Part shown: positions 22,101 to 32,056 of the stretch, in pieces
Layout: each line of letters starts with the position of its first letter
How positions within the stretch are numbered: the stretch's first letter is position 1
Assembly: GCA_002269645.1 (NCBI GenBank)
Contig: NIVC01004258.1
Location: 1 to 52,899 of the forward strand
Reading direction: 5' to 3'
Source of the DNA: Macrostomum lignano
Lineage: Eukaryota
DNA length: 52,899 nucleotides
Notes under the pieces: generated by a model
Databases searched by the model: none
What the model saw: only the letters and a program-made list of their open reading frames with translations
What the model was told of the DNA's origin: nothing
Translations under genes and position numbers: made by a program

Positions 22101-25100
22101 CAGTGTGCTCACAGCTGTCCCAAATCCCCAGTGTGCTCACAGCTGCCTCAAATCCCAAGTGTGCTCACAGCTGTCCCAAATCCCCAGTGTGCTCACAGCT
22201 GTCCCAAATCCTCAGTGTGCTCACAGCTGCCTCAAATCCCAAGTGTGCTCACAGCTGTCCCAAATCCCCAGTGTACTCACAGCTGCCTCAAATCCCCAGT
22301 GTGCTCACAGCTGCCTCAAATCCCCAGTGTGCTCACAGCTGCCTCAAATCCCAAGTGTGCTCACAGCTGCCTCAAATCCCAAGTGTGCTCACAGCTGTCC
22401 CAAATCCCCAGTGTGCTCACAGCTGCCTCAAATCCCCAGTGTGCTCACAGCTGTCCCAAATCCCCAGTGTGCTCACAGCTGTCCCAAATCCTCAGTGTGC
22501 TCACAGCTGTCCCAAATCCCCAGTGTGCTCACAGCTGTCCCAAATCCCCAGTGTGCTCACAGCTGTCCCAAATCCCCAGTGTACTCACAGCTGTCCCAAA
22601 TCCCCAGTGTGCTCACAGCTGTCCCAAATCCCCAGTGTGCTCACAGCTGCCTCAAATCCCAAGTGTGCTCACAGCTGTCCCAAATCCCCAGTGTGCTCAC
22701 AGCTGTCCCAAATCCCCAGTGTGCTCACAGCTGTCCCAAATCCCCAGTGTGCTCACAGCTGTCCCAAATCCTCAGTGTGCTCACAGCTGCCTCAAATCCC
22801 AAGTGTGCTCACAGCTGTCCCAAATCCCCAGTGTGCTCACAGCTGTCCCAAATCCCCAGTGTACTCACAGCTGCCTCAAATCCCCAGTGTGCTCACAGCT
22901 GTCCCAAATCCCCAGTGTACTCACAGCTGCCTGAAATCCCAAGTGTGCTCACAGCTGCCCCATATCCCCAGTGTGCTCACAGCTGCCCCATATCCCAAGT
23001 GTGCTCACAGCTGCCCCATATCCCCAGTGTGCTCACAGCTGCCCCTTCCCCGCTCCAGACGAGACGCCCTGTCTGCTGACCGCCAAGACGCTGCTGGGCC
23101 GTGTGCTGGACTTCGACCGGGACGGCACCGCCCGCAAGCGGCCCCAGTGGTCGCAGGGTGCGCTGCCCTTCGTGCTGCAGCGCTGCCTGCCAGAGCCGGT
23201 GCCGGAGTCCGGGCCCGCCCTGCGCATGGAGGACGTGCTGCCGGTTGGCGAGTTGGCGTTCGTTGCCAAGGGCAACTGGTACGGCATGAGCGGCCCGGTG
23301 CTGGGCTTCAAGCAGACCAAGGTGCGCCTGCAGCTCAGGGTGAGGCGGCAGCCCGACCTCAGCGTGGTGGACTCTGAGGACTGCTTCCTGTCTGCCCAGG
23401 CCCTGGCTCAGAGAACAGGTGCGCCTCAAAATTTTCTCAGAATCCGCCCCTGTTCCAACCAAACCTAATGGAATCCGCCCCTGTTCCAACCGAACCTAAT
23501 GGAATCCGCCCCTGTTCCAACCGAACCTAATGGAATCCGCCCCTGTTCCAACCGAACCTAATGGAATCCGCCCCTGTTCCAACCGAACCCAATGGAATCC
23601 GCCCCTGTTCCAACCGAACCCAATGGAATCCGCCCCTGTTCCAACCGAACCCAATGGAATCCGCCCCTGTTCCAACCGAACCCAATGGAATCCGCCCCTG
23701 TTCCCACAAACAACCCGCAGGCTTCTCCGGCCACCTGGTGTCCCGCATCACCGGCACGGTGCTGGTCACTCTGCCGCAGCAGCCGAAGAAGCCGCTTTCG
23801 CCATCAGACCTGGACGCCAACGTCAGCTCGTCGGCGACGGACACCCGCAGCCGCCGGCTGAACATCGGACTGGAGCTGAAGTTCAACCGGGCTGAGCAGG
23901 TGAGTCCGGGTTTTTCTTCCTACCTGGGCTGGAAATTAAGACCTATATAGTAACTATGCAAAAAACTCACCCCCCCCCGGACAGGAGGTGGCCGGCTGGA
24001 CCCGCAAGGACGCCTCCATAGGCTGGCAGTACTCGCCGTCGCTGGCCCAGGTGCTGTGCGACTATGCCGCTGAATTTCCCGAGCTGTTCCGCTGTCTGGC
24101 AGGCAAGCACGGCTCGGACACTGGCGACCTGTCAGCCGAGCAGATCTGGGGCGGGGCCGAGCCGCCTGTTGAGCGCCTGACGGAGTTCCTGCGCAGCCTG
24201 CCGTGCTACGGAGCCGAGCGGGTGCCTGTCGGCAGCAGCATCCTGTCTGGGCGCTCCGTCAGCCTCATCCGCCAGGCTCTGGACTCCCAGCTGCCCAAAC
24301 TGCCCAAGCCGGGCGTGTCCGCCACGGAGATCCCGGCTGGCCACCTGTACCGCTGCCAGTCCGACACCAAGCACTGCCAGCCCGACCCGGCCGCTGTCCA
24401 CCGCCTCAAGGACCGCGTGGTCCTCTGCCGGCCGGGGACGGGCTCGCCGCTTGACAGTCTGGGAACCATCATCGGTATCCGGGCCTGTGAGCATCCTTAG
24501 TAACTGCAAATGTGTTATGCACTGCCTCCTCAGTGTGTTATGCACTGCGCCCTCAGTGTGTTATGCACTGCGCCCTCAGTGTGTTATGCACTGCTCCCTC
24601 AGTGTGTTATGCACTGCTCCCTCTGATCAGTGTGTTATGCGCTGCTCCCTCGGTGTTATGCACTGCGCCCTCAGTGTGTTATGCACTGCCTCCTCAGTGT
24701 GTTATGCACTGCTCCCTCAGTGTGTTATGCACTGCCTCCTCAGTGTGTTATGCACTGCCTCCTCAGTGTGTTATGCAGTGCTCCCTCAGTGTGTTATGCG
24801 CTGCTCCCTCGGTGTTATGCACTGCGCCCTCAGTGTGTTATGCACTGCCTCCTCAGTGTGTTATGCACTGCCTCCTCAGTGTGTTATGCACTGCCTCCTC
24901 AGTGTGTTATGCACTGCCTCCTCAGTGTGTTATGCACTGCCTCCTCAGTGTGTTATGCACTGCCTCCTCAGTGTGTTATGCACTGCCTCCTCAGTGTGTT
25001 ATGCACTGCCTCCTCAGTGTGTTATGCACTGCCTCCTCAGTGTGTTATGCACTGCCTCCTCAGTGTGTTATGCACTGCCCCCCTCAGTGTGTTATGCACT

Positions 25101-27197
25101 GCCTCCTCAGTGTGTTATGCACTGCCTCCTCAGTGTGTTATGCACTGCTCCTGCTTGCACACTGCTGCCCCAGACCATATTCTCAATCTCTGCGCCCTTC
25201 CCCCCGCCAGGCGTGCGCGAAAGCGACCCGGAGCTGGAGCTGCTCCTTGACGAGCCCTTCGAAGGCGGCATCAAAATCCGCGGCGTCGACGGCTGCTGCC
25301 TGGTGAGCGGCACCGCCATTCTCAACCTGAGCCACGGCGAGCGGACCAACCCCAACATCCGGCTCACCGTGGCCTGCAAGGACCGGCCGGATCAGCATGT
25401 TCAGCTGTGGGCCGACCTGCAGCAGCACAAGCAGCAGCAGGGCAGAGCAAACCAGCAGCCAAGGCAGCAGCAGCAGCAGCAGCAGCAGCAGGGGTCGTTC
25501 AACTTCTCAGCCTTGGTGTCCGCCCTGCAGCAGCAGCAGCCTGTGCAGCAGGCCGCTTCACCGGCCCGAAACCAGCCTACGGCTGAGCACGAGTCCCAGC
25601 GCCTGCTGAACTCCCTGCTAGCCGAATGGGATTGGCCGGTCCCGGCCATAGACTTCCAGGTGTACGGGGACGTCTGCTCCGCCGTGGTTCGATTCCCCAA
25701 CGGCTTCGTGATGGAGGGGCAGCCGATGCGGTCCCGGCCCGAGGCCAAGCTTGATGTGGTGAGTCGGGGGCGCGAGCGAGGCTGGAGTTAAGCAGAATCG
25801 GCGTCGGTTAGTACGCAGATATTCTGCTTGAATCGTTCACAGGGCAGCCAATTAATTAGTGCTGGATTGAACGAATTACGTGCATTACTGATCCCAAATT
25901 CACAAGTAAAGTACTGGTCCCAAACTCACAGATGCAGTACTGGTCCCACACTCACAAGTACAGTACTGGTCCCACACTCACAAGTACAGTACTGGTCCCA
26001 CACTCACAGATGCAGTACTGGTCCCACACTCACAGGTGCAGTACTGGTCCCACACTCACAGGTACAGTACTGGTCCCACACACACAGGTACAGTACTGGT
26101 CCCACACTCACAGGTGCAGTACTGGTCCCACACTCACAGGTACAGTACTGGTCCCACACTCACAGGTGCAGTACTGGTCCCACACTCACAGGTACAGTAC
26201 TGGTCCCACACTCACAGGTGCAGTACTGGTCCCACACTCACAGGTACAGTACTGGTCCCACACTCACAGGTGCAGTACTGGTCCCACACTCACAGGTACA
26301 GTACTGGTCCCACACTCACAGGTGCAGTACTGGTCCCACACTCACAGGTACAGTACTGGTCCCACACTCACAGGTGCAGTACTGGTCCCACACTCACAGG
26401 TGCAGTACTGGTCCCACACTCACAGGTGCAGTACTGGTCCCACACTCACAGGTGCAGTACTGGTCCCACACTCACAGGTGCAGTACTGGTCCCACACTCA
26501 CAGGTACAGTGCTCAAAAGCTTGCTTAGACAGTTCCCAAGTGGACAAAGGCACTCTTACTTCTCTGCTTCTTTATTCCTTAAATTTTCTGTCTTCAGGTG
26601 CGCAGACTCTGCGACTATTGCAATTCGCTAAAAGTGCAACAGCAGCCCCAACAGCAGCCGCAGCATCAAAGGCAGAGATCTCACCAGCAGCAGTACAGTA
26701 AGCCGCAGTCAAATTACACCTACCAGCCTGCTTCAGCTCAGCAGCAGCAAAGACAGAATCTGCAACAACAGCAGCAGCAGCAAAGACAGAATCTGCAACA
26801 ACAGCAGCAGCAGCAAATACAGAATCTGCAACAACAGCAGCAGCAGCAAATACAGAATCTGCAACAGCAGCAGCAGCAAAGACAGAATCTGCAACAGCAG
26901 CAGCAGCAAAGACAGAATCTGCAACAACAGCAGCAGCAGCCGCAGGACCCGAAGGCCCAGGCAGTGGAGCAGGCCTTGCGGGCCATGCTGCAGATCCCGA
27001 AGCCCGCTGCCGACCAGCCCGCAGCTGCCGCAACTGCGTCTGCAACTTCGAAGCACCAGCAGCAGCAGCAACAACAACAGCAGCAGCAGCAACAAAAGCC
27101 GCGCTCGAACGGCTCGAAGAAACCGAAATCTGCCCCGAAGAAGCGGCTGGGCATCAACCTGGACGGCCTGGGGTCTCAGCAGCAGCCGGGCAGTTGA
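13126..27197 (+). CDS. XRN1: 5'-3' exoribonuclease 1, 12 coding exons, 1474 aa
   Basis: Exons 13126-13200, 16659-16855, 17822-18230, 18603-18944, 19601-19858, 19955-20094, 20963-21777, 23059-23418, 23721-23899, 23985-24486, 25211-25758, 26598-27197; total 4425 nt, all GT-AG and in phase. Motifs: [105 protein letters not shown]. The exon 10 donor was chosen by alignment length to the vertebrate protein. Confidence 0.97.
13495..16208. mobile_element. Possible degenerate foldback/MULE-like element in XRN1 intron 1
   Basis: Short repeated motifs caatttgg(t/c)(g/a)ac at 13497-13555 recur inverted at 16125-16205. Flanks share only gattct. No transposase seen. Confidence 0.3.
14519..15045. repeat. 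Three tandem copies of a ~178-bp unit in XRN1 intron 1
   Basis: Copies start at about 14519, 14699 and 14876 (cccggc...gcgacgaagaacaatgaaattacactaaaacatgtatcatcg...). Confidence 0.92.
16940..17787. repeat. 27-nt minisatellite in XRN1 intron 2
   Basis: Unit gtcagctgatcccaatatcccatgtct. Confidence 0.95.
18995..19520. repeat. 29-nt minisatellite in XRN1 intron 4
   Basis: Unit agaattcccctgtcctacattagcatttt. Confidence 0.94.
20320..20890. repeat. GGATCC-rich minisatellite (39- and 53-nt units) in XRN1 intron 6
   Basis: Units ggaggatcctgttgaaagatcctggtagaggatccggct and a 53-nt variant containing ataatccggaattgagaatcc. Confidence 0.92.
21800..23045. repeat. 28-nt minisatellite in XRN1 intron 7
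   Basis: Unit cagctg(c/t)c(t/c)caaatccccagtgtgctca, about 44 copies; source of three spurious long ORFs. Confidence 0.96.
23440..23705. repeat. 31-nt minisatellite in XRN1 intron 8
   Basis: Unit aatggaatccgcccctgttccaaccgaacc(t/c). Confidence 0.95.
24510..25150. repeat. 23-nt minisatellite in XRN1 intron 10
   Basis: Unit cctcctcagtgtgttatgcactg. Confidence 0.95.
25905..26512. repeat. 26-nt minisatellite in XRN1 intron 11
   Basis: Unit cagtactggtcccacactcacaggt(g/a); the g/a variants alternate over part of the array (52-nt higher order). Confidence 0.95.
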
Positions 27198-27654
27198 ACT
27201 GCTCAACTCTGTTGAGTACCTATTGAGCTGTAGACTAGATAACTGAAGACTTCGTTCTGTTTTGACATCTCCCTCCAGTGCTTGTGTGACTCAAATTTAG
27301 CTCTAATTGCTGGATTTCTACTGCTTTGACATGTTTCTCCGACTCTTAGCGTTCGAGCGGTTTGTAACTCCCGCCAGTTTAATAATTAATAGCTTAATCT
27401 AATTTTCTCTCCGATTTTTAAGTCTCAAGTGTTCATGCCGCTCCGGCGTTCTGCCTGCAGCCTCATCAATATTTTTATTGTTTTTGGTGTTTTGACGCTC
27501 TGTTGCTTGTATTGCTTCTGCAAGCAATTCGCTGCAGAGCCTCTGCCGTTTGGTAGACAAGATAATATAGCCGCTCCACCTGGTACTGCCTGTTGTGTTC
27601 AAGAAAATGTTTCTGGCGTTCTTTCATTCATTTTCTTTAATAAACTACTTCATG

Positions 27655-28190
27655 ACCCAAGCCAGGTGTCACCAGCTCCATGCCCCAAGCCAGGTGTGTC
27701 ACCAGCTCCATGCCCCAAGCCAGGTGTGTCACCAGCTCCATGCCCCAAGCCAGGTGTGTCACCAGCTCCATGCCCCAAGCCAGGTGTGTCACCAGCTCCA
27801 TGCCCCAAGCCAGGTGTGTCACCAGCTCCATGCCCCAAGCCAGATGTGTCACCAGCTCCATGCCCCAAGCCAGGTGTGTCACCAGCTCCATGCCCCAAGC
27901 CAGGTGTGTCTCCAGCTCCATGCCCCAAGCCAGGTGTGTCACCAGCTCCATGCCCCAAGCCAGATGTGTCACCAGCTCCATGCCCCAAGCCAGGTGTGTC
28001 ACCAGCTCCATGCCCCAAGCCAGATGTGTCACCAGCTCCATGCCCCAAGCCAGGTGTGTCACCAGCTCCATGCCCCAAGCCAGATGTGTCACCAGCTCCA
28101 TGCCCCAAGCCAGGTGTGTCACCAGCTCCATGCCCCAAGCCAGGTGTGTCTCCAGCTCCATGCCCCAAGCCAGGTGTGTCACCAGCTCCG
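27655..28190. repeat. 30-nt minisatellite between XRN1 and BRAP
   Basis: Unit ccaagccaggtgtgtcaccagctccatgcc, about 18 copies, ending ~10 nt before the acceptor ccgctgcag (28204). Confidence 0.96.
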
Positions 28191-28217
28191 CCCCGCCGCT
28201 GCAGGCCGCCTCATGGC

Positions 28218-30307
28218 ATGGACAGCGCTGACGCGAGCCCCCGACCCAGCCTGCTGGTGCTGCTGTTTGAGCTGACTGACAGCTGCGACTCTCCCGACAG
28301 CCCAGTAGCGCAGCTGAGCTACTGCGCCCCCTTCTACACCCGCTGCCTCAGCAAGCCGGCAGCCGCGGCCGCCTCGGACACCGCAGAAGCCGCGGCAGCA
28401 GCCGAGTGCCGAGGCCAGCGAGTTCCTCACGAAATCCGCATTGCATCGGTGACTCCGCAGGCCCTGGCAGCAATGGCGGAGCAGCCGCCTGAATCGCAGC
28501 CGTCCACAGAGCCGAAGCCGCCAGCGCTGTCGGCGGCTCCGTCGGCCGCCATCGAGCGGGCATTTTTCTCCGGCAACCCGTCAGCCGGCCTGACGCACGG
28601 CATGCTGCACCTGATGAAGGACACGGGAGACTGGGGCTCGGCCCGGCCCTCCGTGCTGGTGATGCTGGCGGTGCCGGCGCACATGACGGTGATTGACCTG
28701 GCTCAGTTCGTGGCGGACAGCGGCTCCGAGCTGCTGGAGATGAAGATCATCAGGGACCGGTCGCCAGGCCAGTTCATGGTGCTGCTGCAGTTCACCGACC
28801 AGGCCGCCGCGGACCAGTTCTACAGCGCCAAGCACGGCGAGCCGTTCAGCTCGCTGGAGCCCGAGCTCACCTGCTGCCTGGCCTACGTGGCCCGCGTGGA
28901 GACCCGGTCCCGCGGCGCCCAGTTTCCCGTGCGCGAGCTGGTGGAGCTGCCCACCTGCCCAGTGTGCCTGGACCGGCTTGACGAGCCGCTCAAGGGCATC
29001 CTGACCATCCTGTGCAACCACAGCTTCCACCTGCGCTGCCTGGACAAGTGGCACGAGGCCTCCTGCCCCGTGTGCCGCTACGTTGCCACCCCGCAGAGCT
29101 CCGACGGCAACAGCTGCTCCTTGTGCGGCGACACCGACAGTCTGTGGATCTGCCTGATCTGCGGCTACGTTGGCTGCGGCCGCTACACCGGCGGGCACGC
29201 GTATGAGCACTTCAGGAGCACCAGCCACACCTTCGCTATGGAGGTGAGTCGTTGGGAGGCAGAGCAGCTCGGTGGTAAATTCACGAGAAATCCATTCACA
29301 CACATGAGAGCCAAGACCCAAGTAGTGCAAATGCCTGACGATTAGAATGCCAGGGCTGCTGTACACCCTGTCTGAGCTGTGTGTGAGCTGTGTCTGACCT
29401 GTGTGTGAGCTGTGTGTGAGCTGTGTGTGAGCTGTGTGTGAGCTGTGTCTGAGCTGTGTGTGAGCTGTGTGTGAGCTGTGTCTGAGCTGTGTGTGAGCTG
29501 TGTGTGAGCTGTGTGTGAGCTGTGTGTGAGCTGTGTCTGAGCTGTGTGTGAGCTGTGTGTGAGCTGTGTGTGAGCTGTGTGTGAGCTGTGTCTGAGCTGT
29601 GTGTGAGCTGTGTGTGAGCTGTGTGTGAGCTGTGTGTGAGCTGTGTCTGAGCTGTGTCTGAGCTGTGTGTGAGCTGTGTGTGAGCTGTGTGTGAGCTGTG
29701 TCTGAGCTGTGTGTGAGCTGTGTGTGAGCTGTGTCTGAGCTGTGTGTGAGCTGTGTGTGAGCTGTGTGTGAGCTGTGTGTGAGCTGTGTCTGAGCTGTGT
29801 GTGAGCTGTGTGTGAGCTGTGTGTGAGCTGTGTGTGAGCTGTGTCTGAGCTGTGTGTGAGCTGTGTGTGAGCTGTGTGTGAGCTGTGTGTGAGCTGTGTC
29901 TGAGCTGTGTGTGAGCTGTGTCTGAGCTGTGTCTGAGCTGTGTCTGAGCTGTGTCTGAGCTGTGTGTGAGCTGTGTGTGAGTGCCTGCGTACAGTATTGG
30001 TTGGTTGTGTGCTCTCGCCAACTCTAAATGCTACCGCAAACGCAACTCGTCCAGGTGGGCACGGACCGGGTCTGGGACTACTGCGGCGACAACTTCGTCC
30101 ACCGGCTGGTGCAGAACAAGGCCGACGGCAAACTCGTGCAGGTCGGCGGCGACGTACCGGACGATAAGTTGGACGCGGTGACGCTGGAGTACACCTACCT
30201 GCTCACCTCCCAGCTGGAGAGCCAGCGGCTCTACTATGAGGAGCAGCTTGAGCAGCAGGCTGCAAACCTGCGCGAGACAGCGCTGCAGGTGCGTGTCCTT
30301 TTGTCTG

Positions 30308-30370
<63 letters not shown>

Positions 30371-30445
30371 GTGTCTGTCTGTCTGTCTGTCTGTGTGTCT
30401 GTCTGTCTGTCTGTGTGTCTGTCTGTGTGTCTGTCTGTGTCTGTG

Positions 30446-30480
<35 letters not shown>

Positions 30481-30553
30481 GTGTCTGTCTGTGTCTGTGT
30501 GTCTGTCTGTCTGTCTGTGTGTCTGTTTGTCTGTGTGTCTGTCTGTGTCTGTG

Positions 30554-30612
<59 letters not shown>

Positions 30613-31437
30613 GTGTCTGTCTGTCTGTCTGTCTTTCTGTCTGTCTGTCTGTCTGTCTGTGTCTGTGTGTCTGTCTGCCTGTCTGTCTGTCTGTCTGTTT
30701 GTCTGCCTGCCTGCTATCAGTCAGCCAGTCCCGCACACGCTACCACCACAGGCGGAGCAGGAGCGGGAGCAGCGGCTCCGCACCATGGCCGAGCTGGAGG
30801 AGGCCAGACGCGAGCGGGCCGCACTGGACAAGCGGCTTGGCCAGACGAACAGCCGGCTGCAGAAGCTGCAGAAGGAGCTGGACGAAGAGCGCGGCTTCAA
30901 CTCGGGCATGCTGGCCAACCAGCGCGACCTGCAGGAGCGGCTGCAGGCTGAGGAGGTGCGAATCGTGGGAAAGGGCTGGAGTCGGAGCGAAGAGAAATTG
31001 CTGTTTTGTCTCATTCTCGACTCAGTCCTAATTTCGCCCAGCTTCCCAGCCTCATCTTTGCCTAGCTTTGCAACTCCATCTCAACCCAGCTTCCCGGCCT
31101 CATCCTCGCCCAGTTTTCCAACTCCATCTCAACCCAGCTTCCCGGCCTCATCCTCGCCCAGTTTTCCAACTGCATCTCAACCCAGCTTCCCAGCCTCATC
31201 CCCGCCAATCCCATCTTCCAGGCTCGCCGCGTAGCCGAGCTGCGCAAGAAGGAAGAGGAGCTGGAGCAGCTGCGGGAGGAGATGAGGGACCTGTACGCAC
31301 ACCTGGAGGCTGGACAGCAGCTGGCCGGTCAGCTGACTCAGGATGAAGCAGTCGGCAGCCAGCTGGTGGTCGGTGAGCAGCCGCAGCAGGGTGCCAGCGG
31401 TTCCAAGTCCGCCAAGAAGAGGAGCGGCAGGAAGTGA
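28218..31437 (+). CDS. BRAP: BRCA1-associated protein (BRAP2/IMP, RING-H2 + ZnF-UBP E3 ligase), 4 coding exons, 559 aa
   Basis: Exons 28218-29243, 30055-30288, 30752-30955, 31222-31437; total 1680 nt. N-terminal [15 protein letters not shown]...THGMLHL, BRAP2 domain, [17 protein letters not shown]...LCNHSFH..CL.KW...CPVCRY, Zn[19 protein letters not shown]...[20 protein letters not shown], then a coiled coil. The start ATG is inferred from similarity to the family N-terminus. Confidence 0.95.
29370..29982. repeat. 11-nt repeat (gagctgtgtgt)n in BRAP intron 1
   Basis: Near-perfect 11-mer array with gagctgtgtct variants. Confidence 0.95.
30301..30712. repeat. (TCTG)n/(TG) compound microsatellite in BRAP intron 2
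   Basis: Continuous tctg with tctgtg variants. Confidence 0.95.
31037..31202. repeat. 48-nt repeat (3.5 copies) in BRAP intron 3
   Basis: cccagcttccc recurs at 31037, 31085, 31133 and 31181. Confidence 0.9.
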
Positions 31438-31819
31438 CTGATGGTTTCCCCCAGCACGAGCCGCTCATTTCAGCCCCTGAGTTGTTCTGCATCAGCATTC
31501 AAATACAATTAGTTCGAATATTATATGACGTATCAAGGCTATCACAATTTATTACTCAACTCGTGTTAGCGTATTTGCTTTCCTGTTCCTTTTTTAAGCC
31601 TGTATTTCCTGTTGAAATTTTTGCATAGCTAAATATAAATATCCATGCTGTACGGATCACTTTGTGTACTTTTGTGTCTGCTTGTTCATTGGCTCACTGA
31701 TTGCAGCTTGTCTTTATTGGTATATTTTATTTAATCTTCCATTATTCGTTGGATAATAATATGAATTTGCTTCCCCAGGTTCCCCTTCCAAGAACCCCAG
31801 TTTCCCCGAATTCATCCTT

Positions 31820-32032
31820 GCTAGACCATTGCTGCTGTCAGTCAGGTGTCAGAGTGGATTGCTAGACCATTGCTGCCGTCAGTCAGGTGTCAGGGTGGAT
31901 TGCTAGACCATTGCTGCCGTCAGTCAGGTGTCAGGGTGGATTGCTAGACCATTGCTGCTGTCAGTCAGGTGTCAGGGTGGATTGCTAGATCATTGCTGCC
32001 GTCAGTCAGGTGTCGGTGGATTGCTAGACCAT
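31820..32032. repeat. 41-nt minisatellite between BRAP and the MCCC2-like gene
   Basis: Unit ttgctagaccattgctgccgtcagtcaggtgtcagggtgga, about 5 copies. Confidence 0.93.
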
Positions 32033-32056
32033 TGCCACTCCGCAGCAGCCGCCCGC

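Noticed and set aside
21772-23377. Long Cys/Pro/Ser-rich ORFs in all three frames ([16 protein letters not shown])
   Set aside because: A stop-free 28-nt intronic repeat; XRN1 splices cleanly around it (21777 to 23059).
24451-26701. ORFs made of CVMHC, SVLCT and QYWSHTHR repeats
   Set aside because: Intronic 23- and 26-nt minisatellites; only 25211-25758 and 26598 onward are XRN1 exons.
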